Source: an uncultured Desulfocapsaceae bacterium
GTDB taxonomy: Bacteria > Desulfobacterota > Desulfobulbia > Desulfobulbales > Desulfocapsaceae
NCBI GenBank assembly: GCA_964623625.1
Contig: CAZUUJ010000014.1
Location: 110-64,109, forward strand
Direction of reading: 5' to 3'
Length of the DNA stretch: 64,000 nucleotides
In this document: positions 26,887 through 36,335 of the stretch, one piece after another
How positions within the stretch are numbered: the stretch's first letter is position 1
Layout of the letters: each line of letters opens with the position of its first letter
Position numbers and translations under genes: made by a program
Notes under the pieces: generated by a model
What the model was told of the DNA's origin: nothing
Seen by the model: the letters and a program-made list of their open reading frames with translations, nothing else
The model's database searches: none

Positions 26887-28370
26887 ACAATCCGGTCTGC
26901 ATTATTGGCACTGGTATTGGCGGATTATCTGCCGGAATACGCCTTGCCCAGGCAGGCAGGAAGGTGCAGATCTTTGAAAAGGAACCCCGCACAGGCGGAT
27001 ACGCCATAGCCTATACCAGAAAGGGATATCGTTTCGACCTGGCGCTTCATGTGATCCCCTCGGGTGGCTCCGGGCAGGAATTTGCGATGATGATAGACAG
27101 ACTGGGTCTAAAAAAGGATGTCCGGTTTATTCGGCTGGCGCAGGGATTTGATGTGATCCTGGGCGACTACCGATTCCAGATGCCCAATTCCTATGAACAG
27201 CTGAAACAGAAGCTTGGTGATGAATTTCCCCATGAACGCACAGGACTTGCCCATTTCTTCTACGATCTGGAAAAAAATGCGAAGAGCTACGCGCCGCTCT
27301 TCGATTATTCCGTTTCTAAATATCGGTCTCTTCCTGCATTCCTCCCCAAAATTCCACTATTCCTTAAACACTCCGCTCAAAGCGCCAGGGATTATTTATT
27401 CAACTACTTCAGCAATGACCGGCTGGTAGCCATTTTGTTTCAGCCGGCTGTTTTTATGGGTATCCCCATGGACGATTTCCCCGCAGTCAACTTCATTCTG
27501 ATGTTCTATTTGTTGATGAAAAACGGCATGTACACCATCGAAGGGGGCGGGCAGGGATTAACGGATTGCCTGAAAAAACGCTTCCTGCAGCTTGGCGGGA
27601 CAATACAGACGAAGTCGGAAATAGGGAAAATCATCATCCAATCCAGGAAAGCCACCGGAGTGGTAACCACTGACGGTTCCCGATACGATTGCTCGTCAAT
27701 TATTTGTGCTTCTAATCTGTATGACGTGGTTAACAGACTGGTGGGTCGATCACATTTTTCACAACGCTATCTGGATGTCCTCGACGGGTTGTCTTGCTCG
27801 ATCTCTGTGATGGCCCTGAACATCGGTCTGAACCGAGACCCGAAAGAACTGGGAATAGAGAGCCACATCACCATGATCTTCCCTGACACCGATATCGATA
27901 GCTGCATGAAAAAGCAGGAAAATCGAACCACCATGGATGGTTTTTCAATCACCGCCCACTGCAATTCCGACCCAGGATTCTGCCAGAGTGGAAAATACAG
28001 TCTCAGTCTGGTCGGTGGCACCGATCCAAAAAAATGGTTAGCCTTGGACGAAAAGCAATACACATCCGAGAAAAAACGTGTTATCGGAAAAACCATTGAG
28101 CAGGTAAACAGGCTGTATCCCGGGTTGAAAGAGTGTGTTCAGGTTGCAGATCTGGCAACACCGAAAACCATGTTACGATACACAGCCAACCCACTGGGGG
28201 CAATTATGGGCCTCAAGTGCACCTGCGGCTCCCATCGACAAATTATGAAGGCTGCCAATCTTCCGATAAAGAATATTATAATGGGCGGGGCATGGACAAA
28301 CCGGCTGGGTGGATTTATGCAGTCAATGAAGTCAGGGATCTTAGCAGCGGAATCATTGATGAAATCCTGA
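26883..28370 (+). CDS. FAD-dependent oxidoreductase of the phytoene-desaturase/amine-oxidase (CrtI-like) type
   Basis: Dinucleotide fold VCIIGTGIGGLSAGIRLAQAG..IFEK. 495 aa. ATGA overlap with the PPTase gene. Its stop codon lies inside MITE copy C. Confidence 0.8.
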   Translation: MNNPVCIIGTGIGGLSAGIRLAQAGRKVQIFEKEPRTGGYAIAYTRKGYRFDLALHVIPSGGSGQEFAMMIDRLGLKKDVRFIRLAQGFDVILGDYRFQMPNSYEQLKQKLGDEFPHERTGLAHFFYDLEKNAKSYAPLFDYSVSKYRSLPAFLPKIPLFLKHSAQSARDYLFNYFSNDRLVAILFQPAVFMGIPMDDFPAVNFILMFYLLMKNGMYTIEGGGQGLTDCLKKRFLQLGGTIQTKSEIGKIIIQSRKATGVVTTDGSRYDCSSIICASNLYDVVNRLVGRSHFSQRYLDVLDGLSCSISVMALNIGLNRDPKELGIESHITMIFPDTDIDSCMKKQENRTTMDGFSITAHCNSDPGFCQSGKYSLSLVGGTDPKKWLALDEKQYTSEKKRVIGKTIEQVNRLYPGLKECVQVADLATPKTMLRYTANPLGAIMGLKCTCGSHRQIMKAANLPIKNIIMGGAWTNRLGGFMQSMKSGILAAESLMKS

Positions 28371-28511
28371 ATCCGTGAGCGCCCCTTAGGAAGTGCTCTT
28401 GGAGTGCATCCGTTAGCACTGCCTCTTTCGAGGTGAAACAGTTTAGTTTAGTATTTTTATGTGGTATCAAAATAGTAAAAGTGATAACCATGATTTCTGT
28501 CACGGATTCAG
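28366..28511 (-). mobile_element. MITE-like element, family 1, copy C (inverted relative to A and B)
   Basis: CCTGAATCCGTGAGCGCCCCTTAGGAAGTGCTCTTGGAGTGCATCCG ... TTTCTGTCACGGATTCAG. Its reverse complement aligns with copies A and B. Confidence 0.8.
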
Positions 28512-28515
28512 ATAA

Positions 28516-29766
28516 ATGAGATATTCAAACTCAATTGTAATCACCGGGCTCGGACTGATGACCGGACTGGGCATGAATGTTGAAGAGTGCTGGCATGGTC
28601 TGACAACAGGGCGCTCGGTTACCGCTCCGTTCAACGCCTTTGACACGGCTGGGCTTTCCTGCGGTTATGGTGTTGAACTACCGGAAAACGCAGAGGAATT
28701 CTTTGGTGGCCGAATAAAAAAACGCAAGCGCTCCCAGATGACCAGGTCGACAAAAATGTGTGTGGTAACCGCAGAGATGGCCATAGAGGATGGCGGGCTC
28801 GACTTTGATACCTTGGACAGAGGCCGGATCGGTGTGATCATCGGTACCACCGGCACCGCCCATATTTCTGCCGAAGGACAACCGGAGAATATGCGCATCC
28901 TCAAAAATATGTCGAACTCGCCCGCCTCCTGGATATCGCTTTCTCATAAACTGTCAGGACCTTCTTTTGTTATAGGCACGGCATGTTCATCCGGTGTCTA
29001 TGCCATGGCTGCCGCTTACGGCTTGATTCGGGGTGGATTGTGCGATGTAGTGATCTGTGGCTCTATCGACTCCTCTATCAACTATGTCGATGTCGAGGGC
29101 TTCTGTAACCTGATGGCCCTGGCCGGTTCTGAACAGAAGCCGGAATCGGCTTCCAGGCCTTTTGACCGTAAACGGTCCGGTTTTGTCATAGGAGAAGGCG
29201 CAGGCCTTCTGATTCTGGAATCGGAAGAACATGCCCGAAAAAGAGGGACGGACATCTACGCCCGTACCTATTACCCCGGACTATATACCGAGTCGTACAA
29301 TATCCTCTCACCTGAACCGGACGGTGAAGGGATGGCCCGCTGCATGGAACTGGCTCTTCATGAAAGCGGGCTGCTCCCCGAAGACATAGACTATATCAAC
29401 GCCCACGGAACATCGACCCATCTCAACGATCTGTATGAGACCATGGCTATAAATAAGCTGTTCGGCAATCACGCTGCTAAACTCGCCATCTCCTCAACTA
29501 AATCGATGACCGGCCACTGTCTTGCTGGGGGGGCGGGTGTTGAAGCTGTGATCTGCTGCCTGGCGCTGCGGGACAATATCATTCCCCCGACAATTAATCT
29601 TACCGATCCGGACCCCGAGCTGGACCTTGATTATATCGCTGGTACGGCTCGCCAACAGCAACTGCGCCATGTGATGTCCAACTCCTTTGCCTTCGGCGGT
29701 CATAACGGAGTCCATATCTTTTCCCAGCCGGATCAGCCGCAACCGCAACTACAACGTCATGCATGA
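28516..29766 (+). CDS. Beta-ketoacyl-ACP synthase, KAS-I/II (FabF-like)
   Basis: Active-site Cys in GTACSSG and both His in context (NAHGTSTHLND; KSMTGHCLAG). Confidence 0.9.
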   Translation: MRYSNSIVITGLGLMTGLGMNVEECWHGLTTGRSVTAPFNAFDTAGLSCGYGVELPENAEEFFGGRIKKRKRSQMTRSTKMCVVTAEMAIEDGGLDFDTLDRGRIGVIIGTTGTAHISAEGQPENMRILKNMSNSPASWISLSHKLSGPSFVIGTACSSGVYAMAAAYGLIRGGLCDVVICGSIDSSINYVDVEGFCNLMALAGSEQKPESASRPFDRKRSGFVIGEGAGLLILESEEHARKRGTDIYARTYYPGLYTESYNILSPEPDGEGMARCMELALHESGLLPEDIDYINAHGTSTHLNDLYETMAINKLFGNHAAKLAISSTKSMTGHCLAGGAGVEAVICCLALRDNIIPPTINLTDPDPELDLDYIAGTARQQQLRHVMSNSFAFGGHNGVHIFSQPDQPQPQLQRHA

Positions 29767-30880
29767 TAATCCAGTCTATATATGTGGATCCGGTTCTTAT
29801 CTTCCCGGCGAGCCGGTTCCTTTCCAGGAGATCGATCATTTTTTAGGCGAGTTGACCAAGGCTCCCAAGAAAATCCGGAAATGGATAGCAAGAAGCCATC
29901 CGGTCATGGGAGAACTACTCGATATCGACTATGTTCATTACGGCATCGATCCGGACACCGGCAAGTTCAATGAGGACAATATTTCTCTTGCGGTGGAAGC
30001 CGCCCGAAAAGCTTTGGCTATGACCTCCATGAAGCCAGGAGATATTGACCTGATCTGTTATGGCTCGGCCCACCAGGACCAGATGCCAACCGCTTCGGTC
30101 AGAATCCAGGAAGCCCTTGGCATCGACAGCTGTGACGAGCTCTCCATTCACGCCAACTGCACTTCCGCCTACAAGGCACTCTATCTCGGTCACCAGTTGA
30201 TCAGAAGCGGCCAGAATCGCAACGCTCTTATTCTATCCGCCTCCATGTCATCTTCCGAGCTGCGGGCCGATTACTACAATCAGGAACTTGTCGACAAAGA
30301 GTCGCTTTTCCTTCGCTGGTTCCTCTCCGACGGCGGCGGCGCTGTTATTCTGTCATCGGATGGATCACGATCAAAAGGATACCGGATTGAGTCCACCTAT
30401 ATTGAGTCGGTGGGCGGCAACAGACCATCGCTGATGTACAATCATCGTCCGGCACTGTGGCTTAATCCCCGGAAGGAATATGAAGAAGGTCGTCACCACC
30501 TGCGCCAGAACTTTCGAAACGCTCTGTCGACCTCCCATTTCCAGGAAGAGGGCGGTTCCGTTTTCTTCAACGGCTTTGGGCGGATGATCAAACGAGCCCG
30601 GATTGATCCTGACACAATCCGCTGTTTCCAGATCAACCTGCCCACCAGACATATTGTTGATTCTATCAAGGAAGAGATGATCACAATCGGCATCGATCCA
30701 TCCATCTTCTATTCCAAGCTTGACCAGCTTGGCTATTGCGGCCCGCCGATGGTGTTCATCTGCCTCGATAAAATCATCCGGGAAGAATCGTTTCAACGGG
30801 GCGACAGGATCGCAAGCTTTGTCACCGAGGTATCAAAATTCATGCAAGCCGGATACATATTGCGATATGACCCTGTTTGA
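29759..30880 (+). CDS. KAS-III/FabH-like condensing enzyme (divergent)
   Basis: Thiolase-fold protein with Cys in HANCTSAY. The FabH-type Asn context is not obvious (LGYCGPP). The ATG at 29759 overlaps the upstream stop. Confidence 0.7.
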   Translation: MHDNPVYICGSGSYLPGEPVPFQEIDHFLGELTKAPKKIRKWIARSHPVMGELLDIDYVHYGIDPDTGKFNEDNISLAVEAARKALAMTSMKPGDIDLICYGSAHQDQMPTASVRIQEALGIDSCDELSIHANCTSAYKALYLGHQLIRSGQNRNALILSASMSSSELRADYYNQELVDKESLFLRWFLSDGGGAVILSSDGSRSKGYRIESTYIESVGGNRPSLMYNHRPALWLNPRKEYEEGRHHLRQNFRNALSTSHFQEEGGSVFFNGFGRMIKRARIDPDTIRCFQINLPTRHIVDSIKEEMITIGIDPSIFYSKLDQLGYCGPPMVFICLDKIIREESFQRGDRIASFVTEVSKFMQAGYILRYDPV

Positions 30881-31802
30881 GCATCAGCAAATCCAGGCAA
30901 TTCTTTTTCCCGGTATCGGTGTAAAACCGTTTGGCAAGGAACGGGATTTTTTTCTCAGGTACAGGAAAATCATCCAGCCCTACCTGGAAACAGCATCGCA
31001 GTCTGTTAATATCGATCTTGTCCAATCGCTGGAGAAGCAGGCGACGTTTGAAGAGGATCAGCCGGCCAGGGAGGTCTTTGCCTACTCCTTTTCCTGCGGT
31101 ACATTTGATGTTTTTCGCGGGCTCGGTCTCACTCCAAGCTACCTGGCCGGACACAGCCTCGGTGTTTACGCCGCTCTGGTGGCTGCCGAAGCTATCGACT
31201 TTGCTGCCGGATTACGGATCACCGCAAAAGCGCTCCGACTTGGCAAAACGTGCTGCCCCGAAAAGAAATTCGGCGTTGTGGTCATTATCGGCCTTGATCA
31301 CAAAGACGTTTTAAACATCATAACTGACCGTAACTATTCAAGTATCAATCTTGCCAATCTCAACAACAACTGCTCCGGAGTCTATGTGGGGCTCCGGCAT
31401 GAGACCGACGCACTGCTCACCATTGCCGAGCAATTGGGTGCGATCAAGACCATACGGCTACGGATCGACAGCCCCTACCACCATCCCGGGTTTATGAAAG
31501 GGATCGCCAAGGACTTTCGTTCCTTTCTTTGCGACATGAAGTGGCGCCGGCCAACCTGCCCTGTCCTTTCAGCCCTGGATCACACCATCTGCGACACTAT
31601 TGAGTCGTTGATCGATATGACCACAGCCAACATCGCCCAGCCCATTCACTGGCCCGGAGTGCTGAACAAACTCCATGCACTCGGTATCAACTCAGTCATT
31701 GAATGTGGAGTCGGGGTATCACTTAGCCAACATGCCCGATTTATCGAGCCGGCCCCCAGACATTACAATTTAAAAAACCTCAGACGACGATTGGACTATT
31801 GA
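30867..31802 (+). CDS. Acyltransferase, FabD-like (malonyl-CoA:ACP transacylase family)
   Basis: GHSLGVYAALVAA nucleophile elbow. The ATG at 30867 overlaps the previous gene by 14 nt. Confidence 0.8.
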   Translation: MTLFEHQQIQAILFPGIGVKPFGKERDFFLRYRKIIQPYLETASQSVNIDLVQSLEKQATFEEDQPAREVFAYSFSCGTFDVFRGLGLTPSYLAGHSLGVYAALVAAEAIDFAAGLRITAKALRLGKTCCPEKKFGVVVIIGLDHKDVLNIITDRNYSSINLANLNNNCSGVYVGLRHETDALLTIAEQLGAIKTIRLRIDSPYHHPGFMKGIAKDFRSFLCDMKWRRPTCPVLSALDHTICDTIESLIDMTTANIAQPIHWPGVLNKLHALGINSVIECGVGVSLSQHARFIEPAPRHYNLKNLRRRLDY

Positions 31803-32809
31803 ATCCCCAGCTTGTCATCGCCGGTTCCGGTAAAATGGCTGTCAATATCGGCCTTTTCTTTCTCCAGAAAGGATATCCGGTCCACTGGTTCTCCCATTCC
31901 GGGGAGCAATTGCAGCTCCTTGAGAAAAAAACAGCCAAAACCGCCAAACGACTGCAGAGGCTCTTTCCCGAGCAGAGTGGTTCTTTTCAAGCAAGCTTCT
32001 CCAATTACGAGACCCAGATCAAACAACCGCAAATCGTCATTGAATCGAGCCGGGAAGATCTGGAGATAAAAAAGAGTATCTTTAAAAAAATCGAGTCTAC
32101 CATCACTGACCGGACCCTGCTGCTCAGTAACTCGTCCTCCATTTTGCCGGACAGGATTCATCCGCGATGCCTGGGCTCCCATTTTTTCTACCCCGTTGAA
32201 TTGACATCATTGGTGGAACTGATTTCCTGCAAAGGTAGTAATAACCAGAAGACTCAACAGGTCCAAACCTTTCTTGAAAAAAACGGATTTGACCTAATTA
32301 GGCAGAATGAACGATCGGCATTTACTATTAATCGATTGCTGCTTCCTCTCCAGACGCTTTGCTTTGAGGCTTTAAGAGAAGGCTTCTCCCCGAATGAGGT
32401 TGAGCAGACCTCCAAGTCGGAGCTGATCGGATTCGGTCAGTTGTCGCTGATGGACTCCATCGGCCTGGATGTTGTCAGAGGTGCGGTAGACGGATATAAA
32501 GATCACAAGCCAGCCATCGTTGAACCCAATTATAAACTCCTTATCTCCTCCCTTGACCGGCTGCTTGGTATGGGGAAGCTTGGGCTAAAAAACAGAGACG
32601 GTCTACTCCATGGCCGGAAGCTGCCATGGCCTGAAACCAATAAGGACAGGAAATCATTGCATCAACTGCACAAACGATTTAAACAACTGTTGAAAGACTC
32701 TATTCATTCGGCATTACAGCAGCAAGCGATCACTAAAAAAGAACTGGCTATGTGTATGGACAGAATCTTCCATGCTTCCTTGATACCTGACGTTCTCACA
32801 AGTGAGTAA
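31799..32809 (+). CDS. 3-hydroxyacyl-CoA dehydrogenase-family NAD-binding protein
   Basis: N-terminal Rossmann fold VIAGSGKMAVNIG and the overall 3HCDH layout. TTG start overlapping the upstream stop. Confidence 0.65.
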   Translation: MNPQLVIAGSGKMAVNIGLFFLQKGYPVHWFSHSGEQLQLLEKKTAKTAKRLQRLFPEQSGSFQASFSNYETQIKQPQIVIESSREDLEIKKSIFKKIESTITDRTLLLSNSSSILPDRIHPRCLGSHFFYPVELTSLVELISCKGSNNQKTQQVQTFLEKNGFDLIRQNERSAFTINRLLLPLQTLCFEALREGFSPNEVEQTSKSELIGFGQLSLMDSIGLDVVRGAVDGYKDHKPAIVEPNYKLLISSLDRLLGMGKLGLKNRDGLLHGRKLPWPETNKDRKSLHQLHKRFKQLLKDSIHSALQQQAITKKELAMCMDRIFHASLIPDVLTSE

Positions 32810-32820
32810 TCATTTAATCT

Positions 32821-33573
32821 ATGCAGATTTTATTCGATATATATGAACGGCTCGGCACGATCACTCTGTCCAACCCTCCCCACAATAATCTGAGCCATCC
32901 GGTTTTCTGTGACAAAGAGGAGTTGCTCGATTTTTTAAGTAATCCCGCATTGACACATGTGATCCTTAGAGGCGATGGGAAGCATTTCTGCGGCGGGGCT
33001 GACATGGAATGCCTCAAGGAATTAGCCACGGAACCAAAAACACTTAAACAAGCCTTGGATCAGGGAAAAGAGCTGCTGCAGGCCCTATCAAATGCCCCTG
33101 TTCCGGTGGCCGCTCTCATCCGGGGAAGCTGCCTGGGCGGTGGTCTTGAACTGGCATTGAGCTGTCATTTCCGCTTTGCTTCCAAAAACGCGATGCTCGG
33201 TTTTCCTGAGAGCGGGCACGGATTGATGCCGGGAATGGGAGGCACCATCCTCTCAGGCAAAAACCTCACCAGATATAATCTGATAGACCTGCTGCTCAGC
33301 GGCCGGATGATCAGAGGTGAAGAGGCTCTGGAGATGGGACTGGTTGACACTGTTTACCCGTCAAAAGAAGTAGAAGAGAGGCTGCTTGTTTTTCTGCAAG
33401 GACTCACAGAGCGACATACACCGAAGCTGATCCGTTCGGTCATGCAATCAATCCATAACGGCAGCCAATTACCGACGGAAAAAGCCCTGGCCGAAGAGTC
33501 CAGACTGTTCTGCGAGCTGGTTCGCGAAAGCCGTCTTCAGCCACATCTGGACAGAGAATCCAATGACTGCTGA
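32821..33573 (+). CDS. Enoyl-CoA hydratase/isomerase (crotonase) family protein 1
   Basis: HFCGGADM and GSCLGGGLELALSCHFRFAS crotonase signatures. Confidence 0.85.
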   Translation: MQILFDIYERLGTITLSNPPHNNLSHPVFCDKEELLDFLSNPALTHVILRGDGKHFCGGADMECLKELATEPKTLKQALDQGKELLQALSNAPVPVAALIRGSCLGGGLELALSCHFRFASKNAMLGFPESGHGLMPGMGGTILSGKNLTRYNLIDLLLSGRMIRGEEALEMGLVDTVYPSKEVEERLLVFLQGLTERHTPKLIRSVMQSIHNGSQLPTEKALAEESRLFCELVRESRLQPHLDRESNDC

Positions 33574-33943
33574 TTATTCAGTCTTCTCAGTGGTGGAAAT
33601 GGTGAATATCCAGGAAATACGAAACAATCACCAGGCTGTGCTTGATTTATCCTTTTCTCCTGAAGAACAACTCGAACTTGCCAAACGGCACATCCGTTCC
33701 ACTGCCGGTGTGCTTGCACTTAAAAAAGCACTAAGTAGTTTGATCCTGAAAACTACAGGTCGCTCAGTTGATGAAAAAGAGTTGACCATTACCCGATTAA
33801 AAACTGGAAAGCCATCTCTTGTTTCCTGGCCAAGCAGCTTGTTGGCATCGAGCCTGCAAACAGAAAATCTCTTGCTCTCCATCTCCCATTCACGGACCAC
33901 CGCTTATGGGCTTGCCGTTTATCAGGAGCCTGCCGATGGCTAG
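33563..33943 (+). CDS. Second AcpS-like phosphopantetheinyl-transferase-like protein
   Basis: 126 aa with LALKKALSS.. and LSISHSRTTAYGLAV, resembling AcpS. The N-terminal metal-binding Asp appears replaced (VVEMVNI). Confidence 0.5.
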   Translation: MTADYSVFSVVEMVNIQEIRNNHQAVLDLSFSPEEQLELAKRHIRSTAGVLALKKALSSLILKTTGRSVDEKELTITRLKTGKPSLVSWPSSLLASSLQTENLLLSISHSRTTAYGLAVYQEPADG

Positions 33944-34562
33944 CCAACGTTTAACACTGAAAAGCAAAAGAGATATCTTTTATCTCGAGCTGTGCGCTCC
34001 ACCAGGCAACATAACCGATCGTCTTTTTTTTCATGAACTGACTGAAATCATCCCTGAGCTTGAAAAGCACACATCCGTTCGTGGATGTATTATTTCCGGT
34101 CAGGGCCGCCATTTCTCTTCCGGCGCTGATATTGATGAACTCAAACTCCATCTCCAGGACCCGGAGCGCCGTTTTGTGACCGAGACCCTGGAGCATTCCG
34201 CCTCTCTTTTTAACAGGTTGGCCAGTCTACCCTACCCGGTTGTCGCCGCCATCAGGGGCTGCTGTATGGGCTCAGGGCTTGAGCTGGCCCTCGCCTGCCA
34301 TTACCGAATTGCTGTAAAAAACGCGCTGTTCTCCCTGCCGGAGACGACATTCTCTCTGATGCCAGGTTGCGGCGGTACCGTGCGGTTGCCCAAACTGATC
34401 GGTGTGGCCAGGGCAATCGAGATGATCCTCTCTGGTGAACCGGTTCTGGCAGTAGAGGCCTTCAAAACCGGACTGATCAACTCCATGGTCCCAAAAAAAG
34501 AACTGCTGGCCAAGGCAGAACAACTGGTGAATATCCTGCAAACTCCTGGTTCTCGTGTATGA
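33936..34562 (+). CDS. Enoyl-CoA hydratase/isomerase (crotonase) family protein 2
   Basis: HFSSGADI and GCCMGSGLELALACHYRIAV. The ATG at 33936 overlaps the upstream stop. Confidence 0.8.
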   Translation: MASQRLTLKSKRDIFYLELCAPPGNITDRLFFHELTEIIPELEKHTSVRGCIISGQGRHFSSGADIDELKLHLQDPERRFVTETLEHSASLFNRLASLPYPVVAAIRGCCMGSGLELALACHYRIAVKNALFSLPETTFSLMPGCGGTVRLPKLIGVARAIEMILSGEPVLAVEAFKTGLINSMVPKKELLAKAEQLVNILQTPGSRV

Positions 34563-35899
34563 AAGTCTCTCTCATCAACCCGCCCCGCTCACCTCACAAT
34601 AATATCCTGAGCCATGCATCACCTGAAGCCAAGCAGTTCATCCACAGAAAACTGATCGGCCCACCTCTTGGTCTTCTCACACTGGCCGGCCTGGTAAATG
34701 ATCATGATATCAGCCTGCTGGAGATGAAGGGGGAATATGATCTGATCCCGGACAGCCCAGAACCGGCTGAAATGGTGCACAAATTTCTGCAAAGAGAGAA
34801 TCCGGATATCGTCGGGGTCACCTTTATCGCTTCTGAATTTCCCTACGGCTTGGAAATCCTTAAAACAGTCAAACAATTCAATCCTGAAATCATCACGGTA
34901 GCGGGTGGGCTACATGCTGCCCTCTGCTCAGATGATTTCATCGATCCAAGTGTCGATATCGTCTGTCCGGGACCGGGAGCTTACGTTTTTAGAGATATCG
35001 TCCAGGCTGTGGAGCGACAGACGGATTTTGATCATATCGGTGGAATTCTTATTAACCGCGACAGTCATTTGCAAGCCACTCCAGCGCCTGTATCTGTTAT
35101 CAACCCCGCTGACAACGACTTTGTTACGCCGGACAGAAGCCTGCTGAAGCGGTGGGTTTCAACCTATGTGGTCGGTAAAGCGCCGGGGCCTTCGACGTAT
35201 GTATTCACCTCGCTTGGTTGCCCGTACACCTGCTCCTTCTGTTCCATCTGGCCCCAGTTCAACAGGCGATACCTGCAGCGGGACGTCGAATCGGTGATCA
35301 GTGAACTGCAAAGCCTGGATGAGTATGATGTGATTCGTTTTTCTGATGCCAACACCCTGGTCAATCTCGACTTTGCCCATCGACTTTTTGACCGCATAGA
35401 GGAAGAATCCATCAAAAAGACCTTTATCATGGACATCCGGGTGGACACGGCTGCAAAGCATCCGGAGCTTATAAAAAAGCTGGCCCGGGGCGGCCTGAAG
35501 GTGGTGATCACCGGTTTCGAATCGATGCGCCAGGAAGAGTTGAAGAACTACAACAAGCAGCTCAACGCAGACCTGATCGACATGGCCATCGATGTTTTTC
35601 ACGACAATGACATCATGTTGCGGGGCAACTATATCGTTCCCTGCTCTTATGATGAGGAGGATTTTAATTATCTGGCCGAATACGCTGGCAGCCACCGGGT
35701 CGCCTTTGCTGGTTACACCATCCTTACACCCTTTCCCGGAACTACCTTTTACCAGGAGGTAAAGGAGGAGATCGTCGACTTTGATCTTGCCAAATACAAC
35801 ATGTTTAATGCGGTGATGAAGACCAAATTGCCCCTTGATACGTTTTACCGGAAGGTCAGTGATCTGTGGCTGTTAAGGAAGGGAGAAGATATGATCTAA
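34559..35899 (+). CDS. B12-binding-domain radical SAM enzyme (2 of 3)
   Basis: Contains MKVSLINPP..PPLGLLTLAGL..PDIVGVTFI and SLGCPYTCSFCSI. ATGA overlap with the crotonase gene. Confidence 0.85.
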   Translation: MKVSLINPPRSPHNNILSHASPEAKQFIHRKLIGPPLGLLTLAGLVNDHDISLLEMKGEYDLIPDSPEPAEMVHKFLQRENPDIVGVTFIASEFPYGLEILKTVKQFNPEIITVAGGLHAALCSDDFIDPSVDIVCPGPGAYVFRDIVQAVERQTDFDHIGGILINRDSHLQATPAPVSVINPADNDFVTPDRSLLKRWVSTYVVGKAPGPSTYVFTSLGCPYTCSFCSIWPQFNRRYLQRDVESVISELQSLDEYDVIRFSDANTLVNLDFAHRLFDRIEEESIKKTFIMDIRVDTAAKHPELIKKLARGGLKVVITGFESMRQEELKNYNKQLNADLIDMAIDVFHDNDIMLRGNYIVPCSYDEEDFNYLAEYAGSHRVAFAGYTILTPFPGTTFYQEVKEEIVDFDLAKYNMFNAVMKTKLPLDTFYRKVSDLWLLRKGEDMI

Positions 35900-36058
35900 C
35901 CATAAACAGCCACAGGTACCCCATTTTCGCGTGGTTTCTTCAGTCCGCATAGGTTGAACTATAGCACACAGAAGAAGCCATGCGAAACTGGAGCACCTGT
36001 GACAATTTATGATTTTAACAAACTTCTAAAAGTTCGAAATTACAAGGGAACAATAACA

Positions 36059-36247
36059 ATGAAAATTTTACGCTTTCTACTTCTAATCGTTCTACTCTTT
36101 ACCCTTAATGGCTGCTTTTTAACGAAGATCGTCACCGTTCCCATGCGAGTGGGTGCGGCGGTTATTTCCATCGTTCCGGTTGTCGGTAACACAGCCCATG
36201 ATGCCATTGATGAAGCCGCGCAAGTAGTGGATGAAATCCCGCTGTAA
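36059..36247 (+). CDS. Small lipoprotein, unknown function
   Basis: MKILRFLLLIVLLFTLNGC lipobox; 62 aa. Confidence 0.5.
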   Translation: MKILRFLLLIVLLFTLNGCFLTKIVTVPMRVGAAVISIVPVVGNTAHDAIDEAAQVVDEIPL

Positions 36248-36262
36248 CTGATATCCACAAGT

Positions 36263-36300
36263 AAAAAAAGGCCCTATCTCCTCTAAAAGGGGATAGGGCC
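36263..36300 (-). terminator. Rho-independent terminator (minus strand)
   Basis: On the minus strand: GGCCCTATCCCC-ttttaga-GGAGATAGGGCC followed by T7. Lies downstream of the Tim44-like gene. Confidence 0.8.
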
Positions 36301-36335
36301 TGATGGTTGTTTGATCGTGACGACAATTTGAACGG

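Noticed and set aside
29687-29758. Longer N-terminal extensions given by the ORF track (29687, 30720, 33819, 42309, 35954, 58680, 19187, 5708)
   Set aside because: The extensions overlap the preceding gene extensively or lack a Shine-Dalgarno. Internal ATG/GTG starts give canonical N-termini and the 4-14 nt overlaps typical of coupled operons.
35159-35695. 178-aa minus-strand ORF inside the second rSAM gene; likewise 60221-60850 inside aroA, 51277-51993 inside rne and 19829-20356 inside the rhomboid gene
   Set aside because: These are antisense to well-supported genes and have no recognisable domains.
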